Source: Clostridium sp. CAG:594
Lineage (GTDB): Bacteria; Bacillota_I; Bacilli_A; RF39; UBA660
Assembly: GCA_000434835.1 (NCBI GenBank)
Contig: FR881489.1
Coordinates: forward strand, 41,750-102,238
Direction of reading: 5' to 3'
DNA: 60,489 nucleotides
The translations under genes were made by a program, and so were the position numbers. Positions 52,540-60,489 of this stretch are shown piece by piece. Position 1 is the first letter of the stretch. The number at the start of each line of letters is the position of its first letter. The notes below the pieces were generated by a model. The model had not been told where the DNA came from, made no database searches, and saw only the letters and a list, made by a program, of their open reading frames with translations.

Positions 52540-55272
52540 TTATTTTCTCCTATTTCTTAGCATATAAATAATTTTCAAGATTCCATATGGACAAATTGCT
52601 TTTATTGACTTTTTAATAAACCATTTGACATTCTTACTTTCTAAATAATGATAATCATTGTTCAAATCCAATACAGTTTCTCGTACACCAGGTATTATTA
52701 TTGGTTCTCTTTTTTGTTTTGCATTACTATATTTTTTTATATATTTCTTATATTCTTGCAAAATTAATCTACTATTATGGTTTTTTTCAGTAATATTATC
52801 AATACTTATTTTATAAGCATATTCCCAACTTGATAAATTATTCAAAAACTCATCTAATTTCTCCCATAAACACAATGCATCAAACATAAATATTTGTGAA
52901 TCAACCATTTGTGCAATAATATTTTTATAAACATAGTATATTTTTTGTGAAGAATAGTCATTCACATTATCCAAAGTTTTCAAAATATTAAATATTATAT
53001 ATTCATGATCTTTATATTTTTTTCTCCAAAAATCTCGAGAAACGGTTTGTCCTTCTCTTCCAATTAAATATCTATAAATATCCAATTTATAATGAACAAC
53101 ACTTTTTATAAATCTAAGACTGAATGCATTAAATTCCATATCAACATATGGCTTTTTTTCCGAAATTTTAAAATCTGCCTTCTTTAATAATTCTGTTTTA
53201 TAATTTGCAGTCGTTAATAAAGGTCCATAAGTTTTAAATCCATAACCATTGTAAATTAAATTATCAAAATCATAAACTATGCCTTCTTCTAACATATCAT
53301 AATCAATTATATTTGACAATTTTGATTCTTCAATGTATTCATAACTTCCCTTCGTTAAAATCAAATCAACATCTGTCTGCTTCATAATATCAATAAGTTT
53401 AGATAAATTTTCAGAATCAACCCAATCATCACCATCAACTAATCTAAAATATTTTCCTTTTGCGGCCTTTATACCACAGTTAATAGTAGAACCATGTCCT
53501 CCATTTTCCTTATCTATTACTTTTACAATACCATTTGTTGCCTTTTCATATTTTTTTGCTATTTTTAATGTATTGTCTTTAGATCCATCATTAACGATTA
53601 TTATCTCCATATTTTTTACATTTTTATGATAGATCATAGATGATATACATTTATCCAGATATTTTTCTACATTATATGCGGGAACTACAACTGTTAAAAC
53701 TGGATTTTTGACAGGTTTGCAATTCACTGGTTCTATAGTTTTTGTATATTTTTCTAGCAACTGTTTTATTAATTCTATTTCTTTATAAACCGTATTTTTT
53801 TTACAACATCTTTTATGAGTTATACTTGCTAAATTCTTACTAATTTTCAAAAATTCATCTGGATTATTATATAATCTATCAATTATTCCAGCTAGTGATT
53901 TAAAATCCTCTGGGTCACATAATATATGATTTTCTTCATCGTTCATAAAAAACGAATTAGAAGTAACATTTGAACCTACTACAACTAAGCCAGATGAAGC
54001 CGCCTCTCCCATAGCAACAGCATGAGCATCATGTCTTGAAGGTAACATTATTATTCCTGCATTCTTATGAATATCACTTATCTTATTATTTGGAATAAAT
54101 GTCCTATGCAAATGTACATTACTAAATTGCTTAAGTGGTGCTATCAACGTATTGTAATAGTTTCCATCACCGTATATTTCAAAATCTAATTTTTCAAAGT
54201 AGATTTTTTTAGAAAGTTCCAATATTGCCATAACACATTGATCTATAGAATGCTGAATTATATTATCAAATTTTCTAATAATTAATATCTTTAACCTATC
54301 ATCCTCTTTTTTTTCTACATATGGAAACAATTCCTCATTTATAACATTATTTATGACTCTACAGTTTTTGAAATTTATATTTAATTGTTTCTCTGAAAAC
54401 TCTTTTAACCAATCAGACACAAATACCCATTCCACATTTTCCTTATTGGCAAATTTTCTAACATAATTTTCTTTTAAATCAAATATTGGATCAATTATTG
54501 GCTGTTTTATATGTGGAGTAAAATAAGGTCTTGTTACATCTTTCAAATATCTAAAAACAGTTTCAGGCCCATGACAGATAAAAACCATTTTTTCATTTTT
54601 CGAAACATAACCCTCATATATTGGATATAAGTTTTCATCTACAAAATGTGTAACAATAACTTTGTATTGATGTTTGCTTAACATTGTTTTTAATGATTGA
54701 TAATTACATTTTAATACTGGTATTTTATCTATTTCGTAAAATGTTTGATAATTGTAATATTGACTAACAGCTACAACTTGAACTTTTAATCCTGATTTTA
54801 CGTATTCTTTATTTCTTGAATGAGCAAAAACACAATAATATAAATTTTCATAAGAAGGATAATTTGGTACAACAACTAATACATCTAAATTCTTTTTGCA
54901 TTTTTCACAATAGTCTTCATATTCATTAGTAAATTCTATACTTATAGTGCAATCATTTATAGAAGATTCAGCAGATATTTCTAATCTGAATTTCAAGTTG
55001 GATATTTTTTTGATATCTATAAATGACTCACTTTGTGCTGGAACAGCATTAACATCATTTATGTATAAACATCCACCTGCATTCTTCACTTTACAATCAA
55101 ATTTTACCTTCATAAAATTATAAGAACCATCTAAATTTATACCTCTACACAAATATTCACTCTTAACATTATTATTATTTTCTATGCTAAATGTGTTATT
55201 TTTTTTGTGAAAAACACAACTCGATATATCTTTCGTTTTCCAATTTGTTAATTCAATTTTTTTTGTTTTCAT
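52540..55272 (-). CDS. three-module glycosyltransferase, paralogue of 49978..52539
   Basis: 910 aa with the same module order: YGDGNYYNTL...GIIMLPSRHDAHAVAMGEAASSGLVVVGS, then LTVVVPAYNVEKYL...IIIVNDGSKDNT...GGHGSTINCG...RLVDGDDW. Its stop codon is immediately adjacent to the next gene's start (52540/52539). Confidence 0.8.
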   Translation of the reverse strand: MKTKKIELTNWKTKDISSCVFHKKNNTFSIENNNNVKSEYLCRGINLDGSYNFMKVKFDCKVKNAGGCLYINDVNAVPAQSESFIDIKKISNLKFRLEISAESSINDCTISIEFTNEYEDYCEKCKKNLDVLVVVPNYPSYENLYYCVFAHSRNKEYVKSGLKVQVVAVSQYYNYQTFYEIDKIPVLKCNYQSLKTMLSKHQYKVIVTHFVDENLYPIYEGYVSKNEKMVFICHGPETVFRYLKDVTRPYFTPHIKQPIIDPIFDLKENYVRKFANKENVEWVFVSDWLKEFSEKQLNINFKNCRVINNVINEELFPYVEKKEDDRLKILIIRKFDNIIQHSIDQCVMAILELSKKIYFEKLDFEIYGDGNYYNTLIAPLKQFSNVHLHRTFIPNNKISDIHKNAGIIMLPSRHDAHAVAMGEAASSGLVVVGSNVTSNSFFMNDEENHILCDPEDFKSLAGIIDRLYNNPDEFLKISKNLASITHKRCCKKNTVYKEIELIKQLLEKYTKTIEPVNCKPVKNPVLTVVVPAYNVEKYLDKCISSMIYHKNVKNMEIIIVNDGSKDNTLKIAKKYEKATNGIVKVIDKENGGHGSTINCGIKAAKGKYFRLVDGDDWVDSENLSKLIDIMKQTDVDLILTKGSYEYIEESKLSNIIDYDMLEEGIVYDFDNLIYNGYGFKTYGPLLTTANYKTELLKKADFKISEKKPYVDMEFNAFSLRFIKSVVHYKLDIYRYLIGREGQTVSRDFWRKKYKDHEYIIFNILKTLDNVNDYSSQKIYYVYKNIIAQMVDSQIFMFDALCLWEKLDEFLNNLSSWEYAYKISIDNITEKNHNSRLILQEYKKYIKKYSNAKQKREPIIIPGVRETVLDLNNDYHYLESKNVKWFIKKSIKAICPYGILKIIYMLRNRRK

Positions 55273-55313
55273 ATCTATACTCCTATTTTAAATCTTATCT
55301 TCTAGTACCCTAA

Positions 55314-55888
55314 TCAATTTTTTTCAAAACTTTTTATTCTATTTCTTATTTTTAATTTAATTGGTCTTTCTCTTTTATTGGCTAATTTTATAATCTCATC
55401 TTTATTGAAGTTATTATTCAAAAAGTTGTTAAAATCATAGTTCAAAACATCTTTGTTGTATTTGTTAATGTAATTCATCTTATTTGCATAATGTCTATGA
55501 CTATAATCAATTATACTAATCGTTTTTTTGTTTAAAATGCTTGAAATTAAACTACCATGATATCGCATGCTTATAATAATGTCTTGGGAATTTAAACAAT
55601 TTAAAGTGTTATATAAATTTTCAGGATATTTTAGCAAATAAACTTTTCCATTTAACAATTTTTCTTTAATTTAATATAATTAATTTCGTCAAATTCAGTT
55701 AAAGTTTTAGGGATCAAAATATATTTGTATCCTTTATATAATTTATCATGTGCTGGTGAATTATCACATAATAAAATAGTAACTTCAATATTTTTTTATG
55801 AAATTGATTTTTTTTAAATTGTTTCAAGCATTAATTCATCACCTAAATTTGGTGCACCATAAAACCAACATAGTAAAACTTTTTTAAT
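55314..55888 (-). pseudogene. decayed polysaccharide pyruvyl transferase (CsaB/PS_pyruv_trans-like) gene
   Basis: Only the 114-aa C-terminal piece is open (IIISMRYHGSLISSILNKKTISIIDYS). Upstream on the same strand the typical N-terminus is readable: (I)KKVLLCWFYGAPNLGDELMLETI*KKSIS*KNIEVTILLCDNSPAHDKLYKGYKYILIPK.... It has ATT in place of ATG, two in-frame stops and a frameshift before the open piece. Total length (~190 codons) is far below the usual ~300+. Confidence 0.55.
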
Positions 55889-55899
55889 TCAATTTACCT

Positions 55900-56637
55900 C
55901 TATTTCATTTGTTCTTTATAATAAGCATCACAAATTTTATTAGTATCACCCATTTTTACTACTTTTCCATGTTCTAACCAAACTACCTTAGTACATAATT
56001 CTTTAATAGACTGAAGCGAATGTGAAACATATAAAACGGTTGTTCCACCTTTTATCATTTCCATCATTTTCTTCTTACTTTTCTCTTGGAATTTAATATC
56101 TCCAACTGATAGTATTTCATCTACTATTAGTATTTCAGGATTAACTATAGTTGCAATAGAAAATGCAAGCTTAGCAGTCATACCTGAAGAAAAGTTTTTA
56201 ACCGGAACATCCAAGAAATCTTTTAATTCTGAAAACTCAACTATTTCATCAAATTTATCATCCAAAAACTCTTTTGAATATCCAAGTATTGCGCCATTTA
56301 GATATATATTTTCTCTAGCTGTTAAATTTCCATCAAAGCCTGCTCCAAGTTCTATCATTGGTGATATTACACCTTTTACTTTCACTTTTCCTTTAGTGGG
56401 TTTCATAACTCCACTAACAACTTTTAATAGTGTTGATTTTCCAGCACCATTACTACCAATAAGGCCAACAACTTCTCCTTTTCCAATGTTAAAAGAAACG
56501 TCTTTAAGCGCCCAAAAGTCTTCGTTTTTTTTCTTTTTCTTCTTTTTAGTAAACAGATTTACGAATGCCTGTTTCATTGAAAAGTCTTTTTCTATTTCAA
56601 GATTGAATTTCATAGAAACATTTTCTATCTTAATCAT
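55900..56637 (-). CDS. tagH: teichoic-acid/polysaccharide export ABC transporter ATP-binding protein (TagH/Wzt-type, no C-terminal extension)
   Basis: FWALKDVSFNIGKGEVVGLIGSNGAGKSTLLK, FSSGMTAKLAF, ILIVDEILSVGD. 245 aa. Confidence 0.85.
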   Translation of the reverse strand: MIKIENVSMKFNLEIEKDFSMKQAFVNLFTKKKKKKKNEDFWALKDVSFNIGKGEVVGLIGSNGAGKSTLLKVVSGVMKPTKGKVKVKGVISPMIELGAGFDGNLTARENIYLNGAILGYSKEFLDDKFDEIVEFSELKDFLDVPVKNFSSGMTAKLAFSIATIVNPEILIVDEILSVGDIKFQEKSKKKMMEMIKGGTTVLYVSHSLQSIKELCTKVVWLEHGKVVKMGDTNKICDAYYKEQMK

Positions 56638-56647
56638 CAGTTACCTC

Positions 56648-57460
56648 CTATACATAATAGATAAATTTATCTTGTTTTTTCTTAAATACATAAGAACCTA
56701 TTGCTAGCATTCCTACACCAATTAATCCTAATATTCCAAGTGTAGTAAATGAAGGCCTTTGTCCATATACTACAATACTTCTTGCAGCGGTTAAAAATTG
56801 ATACATAGGATTAAAGTTCATTAACATTCTAAGTTTTGCCGGTAATATTTCAATACTATAGAAAACTGGAGTCAAATAATTCCATAATGTTAATGCAATT
56901 CCATATATATGCCATACGTCTCTTAAGAAAACTGATAAGCAAGATAATAATAATCCCATACCTGCAGTAAATAAGAACATACAGAAAAATATATAAGGTA
57001 AGAATAAATACCAAACATTAAAGTGACAAGTATATCCTCCTAAGCCAACGTATGATAAAGCAATAATTGCTAACCAAGGAATCAATGTTAATAAAAAGTC
57101 TATTCCTATAAATAAGCATTTTGCAATAGGAAATATATATTTTGGAATATATACCTTATTTATTAACATAAAATTATCAACAACAGATGTCATAGCCATA
57201 CTTGACGCCTGAGAAAAATAGTTAAACATAATGATACCAGTCATTAAGTACACTATGTAGTTTACTCCCTCTACTTTAAATCTAAACATTTGCGAGAATA
57301 CAATTGCCATAACGGTCATTGTAAGAATAGGATTTAATAAACTCCATAGTATTCCAAGAACACTCCTTTTATATTTAACCTTAAAATCTCTTGATATCAA
57401 TTGGGTCATTAAAAACCAATATCTTTTGAAATTTGAAAATATAGCTTTTATTTTGTTCAT
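56648..57460 (-). CDS. tagG: teichoic-acid/polysaccharide export ABC-2 permease (TagG/Wzm-type)
   Basis: LISRDFKVKYKRSVLGILWSLLNPILTM is the typical TagG/Wzm N-terminal motif. Six TM helices. Confidence 0.82.
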   Translation of the reverse strand: MNKIKAIFSNFKRYWFLMTQLISRDFKVKYKRSVLGILWSLLNPILTMTVMAIVFSQMFRFKVEGVNYIVYLMTGIIMFNYFSQASSMAMTSVVDNFMLINKVYIPKYIFPIAKCLFIGIDFLLTLIPWLAIIALSYVGLGGYTCHFNVWYLFLPYIFFCMFLFTAGMGLLLSCLSVFLRDVWHIYGIALTLWNYLTPVFYSIEILPAKLRMLMNFNPMYQFLTAARSIVVYGQRPSFTTLGILGLIGVGMLAIGSYVFKKKQDKFIYYV

Positions 57461-57491
57461 AAATACACCTCTATAATCTTTTGTCTATTTA

Positions 57492-57500
57492 ATTATAACA
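57492..57500 (-). promoter_or_regulatory. extended -10 element TGTTATAAT for tagG-tagH
   Basis: The complement of attataaca lies 32 nt upstream of ATG 57460. AGAGGTG Shine-Dalgarno sequence. Sits directly after the upstream terminator. Confidence 0.5.
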
Positions 57501-57511
57501 TAAAAAGATTA

Positions 57512-57560
57512 TTATTCAAAAAGAAAATTAATCTTTAACCATAAAGCTAAAGATTAATTT
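57512..57560 (-). terminator. intrinsic terminator after the GT4-GT2-GT2 operon
   Basis: Perfect 13-bp stem aaattaatcttta (57525-57537) / taaagattaattt (57548-57560) with a 10-nt loop, followed by UCUUUUUG on the minus strand. Confidence 0.65.
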
Positions 57561-57572
57561 CTAACTTTTCAA

Positions 57573-58541
57573 TTAAAATGCTTTGCAATATATTTTTGTC
57601 AAAGTTTTATTTCCTTCTATCACTCTTTTTAAAAAGCTTCTTTTCTTCCATATTTCATTATTTTTCCAATTTGGAAATTCACTATTTAAAAGCTTAAATA
57701 CTTCATCAATAAATCTGCTAGCTAATTTTTTATCTTTTTGATTTTTTTGTTGCAGAGTATACCTAAATAAATTTCTTGTACACCAAGCAGAAACATACTT
57801 TTCTATTTTATTATAATAACTATGATTTTTTAGTTCTTCTATTATCATATTTGTTACCTTTAAAATATCAAATACCCTTTTGTCCATAACCGTTGTTTCA
57901 CTTTTACTTCTAACTAAATAATAATTAAGTTTTTCATCTACTATTCCCATTTTTTTAGCTCTAGCCATAGCTTTCATAACAACTATTGCATCTTCATATT
58001 TTAAATTTTCTGGAAAACTTACACCATCTAATAATTCTTTTTTATATAATTTATTCCAAGGTGCTAAATTAACCTCTAATAACAAATTTGGATTTTTATC
58101 TAAAGTGGTATTTTCAAAATATGGAATAACAAAATCTGGTGTTATTTCTTCTAATTTATCATCTTTTTCAAGCATTTTATGAAAGTTACATAGCACTAAA
58201 TCAAGTTGTTCATTTTCTGCTTTAGAATATAATTTTTCACAAGCACTTCTATCTAAATAATCATCACTATCTATAAACATAATATACTTACCACTTGATT
58301 TTTTTATACCAATATTTCTATTATATCCGATCCCTTTATTAGTTTTATTGTGGATAACTTTTATCTTGTTATCATACTTTTTCTTATATTCATCTATAAT
58401 TAAAGCAGAATTATCAGGTGATTTATCATCTATTATAATTATTTCAATATCATCTAGTGTTTGATTAACCAAACTATCTAAGCAACGTCTTAAATATTTT
58501 TCAGTATTATATACAGGAACTATAACTGATACTTTCATCAT
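57573..58541 (-). CDS. GT2 glycosyltransferase
   Basis: VSVIVPVYNTEKYL, IIIIDDKSPDNS, FIDSDDY. 4-nt overlap with the upstream GT2 gene. Confidence 0.85.
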   Translation of the reverse strand: MMKVSVIVPVYNTEKYLRRCLDSLVNQTLDDIEIIIIDDKSPDNSALIIDEYKKKYDNKIKVIHNKTNKGIGYNRNIGIKKSSGKYIMFIDSDDYLDRSACEKLYSKAENEQLDLVLCNFHKMLEKDDKLEEITPDFVIPYFENTTLDKNPNLLLEVNLAPWNKLYKKELLDGVSFPENLKYEDAIVVMKAMARAKKMGIVDEKLNYYLVRSKSETTVMDKRVFDILKVTNMIIEELKNHSYYNKIEKYVSAWCTRNLFRYTLQQKNQKDKKLASRFIDEVFKLLNSEFPNWKNNEIWKKRSFLKRVIEGNKTLTKIYCKAF

Positions 58542-59479
58542 CTTACCACCTTTAAATATAAGTTTAAATTATGTTTCATTAAGTATTTTTTAAATCTTCT
58601 TATTCTTGTATTAACAAGCACTCCATCAAATACGTTTAATTTTTTAAGTTCATTTATATATACTTTTTTCTCGTCTTTTTTTAGCTCTCTTGCCTTTACT
58701 ATAACAGAGTTTGATATATAACTTAAAAAGTAATCATCTAGGTTATTTTTTCTATTTATATTTTTTGCAAATAGTCTCATTGTTTTATATTGTTCTAACA
58801 TATCAAAGGCCTTTTTAACAGTCTTTTTGTAATCGTTATTATTCATTATACTGCCATTTCTTTGTATGTAATAATAACCGATAAAATCTATCGATTTAAC
58901 CTTTCTTGCCTTATAAATTACATACGGAATAAGTCCAAAGTCTTCGTGATATACGCCCTTTTTAAAACTAAATTTATTTTCTATATAATAATTCTTTCTT
59001 ATTACATAACACCAAGCAGGTTCAACAAAATGATATGATGACAAATACTTAAATGCATCATATCCGCACATAGATTCAAAACCTTCTTCATGATATTCAT
59101 TTATTTTTGTATATTCTTCATCTTCCGTTGCTATCTGAAATCTTAAGATATCGCTATCATCTATTTTTTTATCTACTTCTTCTAATAATTTATTTGATAC
59201 ATAATCATCACTATCAACAAATATTATGTATTTTCCACTTGATTTTTGAACGCCTCTATTACGGGCCATAGAAAGTCCTTCATTTTCTTTATCTATTACG
59301 ATTATGTTTTTATATTTTTTTTGATACTTTGAAATTATATTACTACTTTTATCAGTTGACCCATCATTTACTACTATTATCTCAAAATCCTTATACGTTT
59401 GATTAACCAAACTATCTAAACATTTTTTTAAGTATTTTTCAGTATTATATACTGGTACTATAAAACTATATTTAATCAT
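58538..59479 (-). CDS. GT2 glycosyltransferase
   Basis: YSFIVPVYNTEKYL, IIVVNDGSTDKS, FVDSDDY. TAATG overlap with the upstream GT4 gene. Confidence 0.85.
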   Translation of the reverse strand: MIKYSFIVPVYNTEKYLKKCLDSLVNQTYKDFEIIVVNDGSTDKSSNIISKYQKKYKNIIVIDKENEGLSMARNRGVQKSSGKYIIFVDSDDYVSNKLLEEVDKKIDDSDILRFQIATEDEEYTKINEYHEEGFESMCGYDAFKYLSSYHFVEPAWCYVIRKNYYIENKFSFKKGVYHEDFGLIPYVIYKARKVKSIDFIGYYYIQRNGSIMNNNDYKKTVKKAFDMLEQYKTMRLFAKNINRKNNLDDYFLSYISNSVIVKARELKKDEKKVYINELKKLNVFDGVLVNTRIRRFKKYLMKHNLNLYLKVVR

Positions 59480-60489
59480 TATTTCATCTCCATTAAATCT
59501 TCTATTAATTTCATTCTTTTTTTATTTAAAGCATCATAGTCAACTTTTTCTTTTAACTTTTCTTTTTTCTCTGAAAGAGATTTTACCTTTTCATATATGT
59601 TATTTTCATCTACTACGTATCCAAATCTATTAGGTATTGATACATAATCGTCTGATACATCTATTGTTGTAATAATAGGTTTATCTAATATAATTGCTTC
59701 ATTATAAACAACTGGAAAACCTTCATATCTTGATGTTAAAATAAGATAATCACACGCTTTCATATAAGGATATGGATTTTTTTTAGCTCCCATAAAAATA
59801 ACGTTATCTAACTTATCTTTATTTACTATATCTTTATATTTTTTTTCGTCAGGTCCACTTCCTATTATCCAAAATATAGCTTTTACTTTATCTTGCTTGC
59901 ATTTATTAGCTACTCTTAAAAGAAGCGTAAGTCTTTTGGATGATTCATCTAACCTTCCTACAAATAAGAAAATCTTTTTATTAGTTCTTTTTATTTCTAT
60001 CTTTTTATTAGATAACTTTAAAATTCTTTCATAATCAACTAAGTTATTTATTGTAACCGATTTATTTTCTATTGTTTTATATATCTTACATAGATCTTTT
60101 TTAGATTCGTTACTAACAAATACAACATGATTATATTCATTTATTTTTATGCTATCAAAAAACTCTCTTATCTTATTAATATCTTTATCATAAGCCATAT
60201 AATAATTACTGTGGACAAATAAAGTTTTATTATTAGATGATGTTCTTGCTAAAAATGAAGATGGCTTAGAATATGTTGCATAAGATATACTTGCATAATA
60301 TCTTTTATAATTAAATAAAAGCCATTTAATTCTTTTAAGTAAGTTTACTATTTTTCTAAAAAGAAAGTTTTTAGCGTCACTTACGTTATATTCTTTTATA
60401 ACAACGTCTTTTGGAACATCTTTTAAAAAGACACCTTCTTTTTTTTCAAGTACTAAAGTAACTTTATATTTATCAAAGTTAATGTTTTT
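59479..60489 (-). CDS. GT4-family glycosyltransferase, 5' end outside the window
   Basis: The track lists only 59479..60198 (from the first Met). The same frame stays open for all 97 codons up to 60489 (KNINFDKYKVTLVLEKKEGVFLKDVPKDVV...TLFVHSNYYMAYDK). The 239-aa piece is only the C-terminal Rossmann half (FVGRLDESSKR...LTSRYEGFPVVYNEAIILDKPIITT). The gene is therefore partial at the window edge. Confidence 0.8.
   Translation of the reverse strand, partial: KNINFDKYKVTLVLEKKEGVFLKDVPKDVVIKEYNVSDAKNFLFRKIVNLLKRIKWLLFNYKRYYASISYATYSKPSSFLARTSSNNKTLFVHSNYYMAYDKDINKIREFFDSIKINEYNHVVFVSNESKKDLCKIYKTIENKSVTINNLVDYERILKLSNKKIEIKRTNKKIFLFVGRLDESSKRLTLLLRVANKCKQDKVKAIFWIIGSGPDEKKYKDIVNKDKLDNVIFMGAKKNPYPYMKACDYLILTSRYEGFPVVYNEAIILDKPIITTIDVSDDYVSIPNRFGYVVDENNIYEKVKSLSEKKEKLKEKVDYDALNKKRMKLIEDLMEMK

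Noticed and set aside
56515-56550. Homopolymer-rich tract (T8 on the plus strand) encoding KKKKKKKNED in TagH, considered as a phase-variation switch
   Set aside because: Lys-rich segments at this position are common in TagH/Wzt N-termini. The run is short and interrupted, and the frame is intact. There is no evidence for slippage here.
56396-56707. 103-aa plus-strand ORF bridging tagH and tagG
   Set aside because: It is antisense to two solid genes. Its poly-Phe tract is simply the complement of the Lys-rich stretch of TagH.
1-60489. Search for CRISPR arrays, tRNA/rRNA genes, IS elements, integrases and prophage genes
   Set aside because: I saw no regularly spaced direct repeats, no cloverleaf-like GC-rich islands other than rnpB, no transposase/integrase/recombinase-like translations, and no terminal inverted repeats flanking a gene. 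This was a visual scan only, so small elements could have been missed.

Overview
This is a very AT-rich chromosomal segment, roughly 25-30% G+C by eye (not computed), from a low-GC Gram-positive bacterium (Bacillota). The gene order gpsB-rnpB, recU-ponA and dnaD resembles Bacilli/Erysipelotrichia; the genus cannot be determined from the sequence alone. All calls rest on motif recognition in the supplied translations and on my own reading of the DNA. No database search was run.

About 50 of ~55 genes lie on the minus strand. They form short operons that often start at a TGTTATAAT extended -10 element and end at a hairpin followed by a T-run.

A housekeeping core at ~27.1-38.8 kb carries NUDIX, ligA, recA with a LexA box, pgsA, a rodZ-like gene, RNase P RNA, gpsB, recU-ponA, dnaD, cca and hup. 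Two cell-envelope regions flank it.

Left region (0.9-27 kb):
- a tagO-type initiating transferase, GT2, GT4 and a split Alg14/Alg13-type glycosyltransferase
- a DUF1016 nuclease
- a dockerin-bearing GH73 autolysin next to a cohesin-like/cadherin-like membrane protein
- an LCP ligase, an O-antigen-ligase-like protein and LtaS
- a degenerate-GGDEF sensor, an ABC-2 transporter and an HD protein
- a patch of decayed genes, a NodB deacetylase and an AMP-ligase operon with a structured leader

Right region (38.9-60.5 kb):
- a sortase plus a thioester-domain LPNTG adhesin
- a second DUF1016 cassette flanked by a duplicated terminator module
- a 4x ricin-trefoil GH25 muramidase
- a GtrB/GtrA/polytopic-membrane-protein trio
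- a TagG/TagH-dependent glycopolymer locus with two tandem ~100 kDa three-module glycosyltransferase paralogues, a UGM-like flavoenzyme and a decayed pyruvyltransferase gene

No rRNA, tRNA, CRISPR array, transposase or integrase was seen.

The best candidates for something undescribed are the cohesin-dockerin-like autolysin tether (6.3-9.7 kb), the tandem three-module glycosyltransferases (50-55 kb) and the leader-controlled adenylating-enzyme/membrane-protein operon (24.1-27.1 kb).
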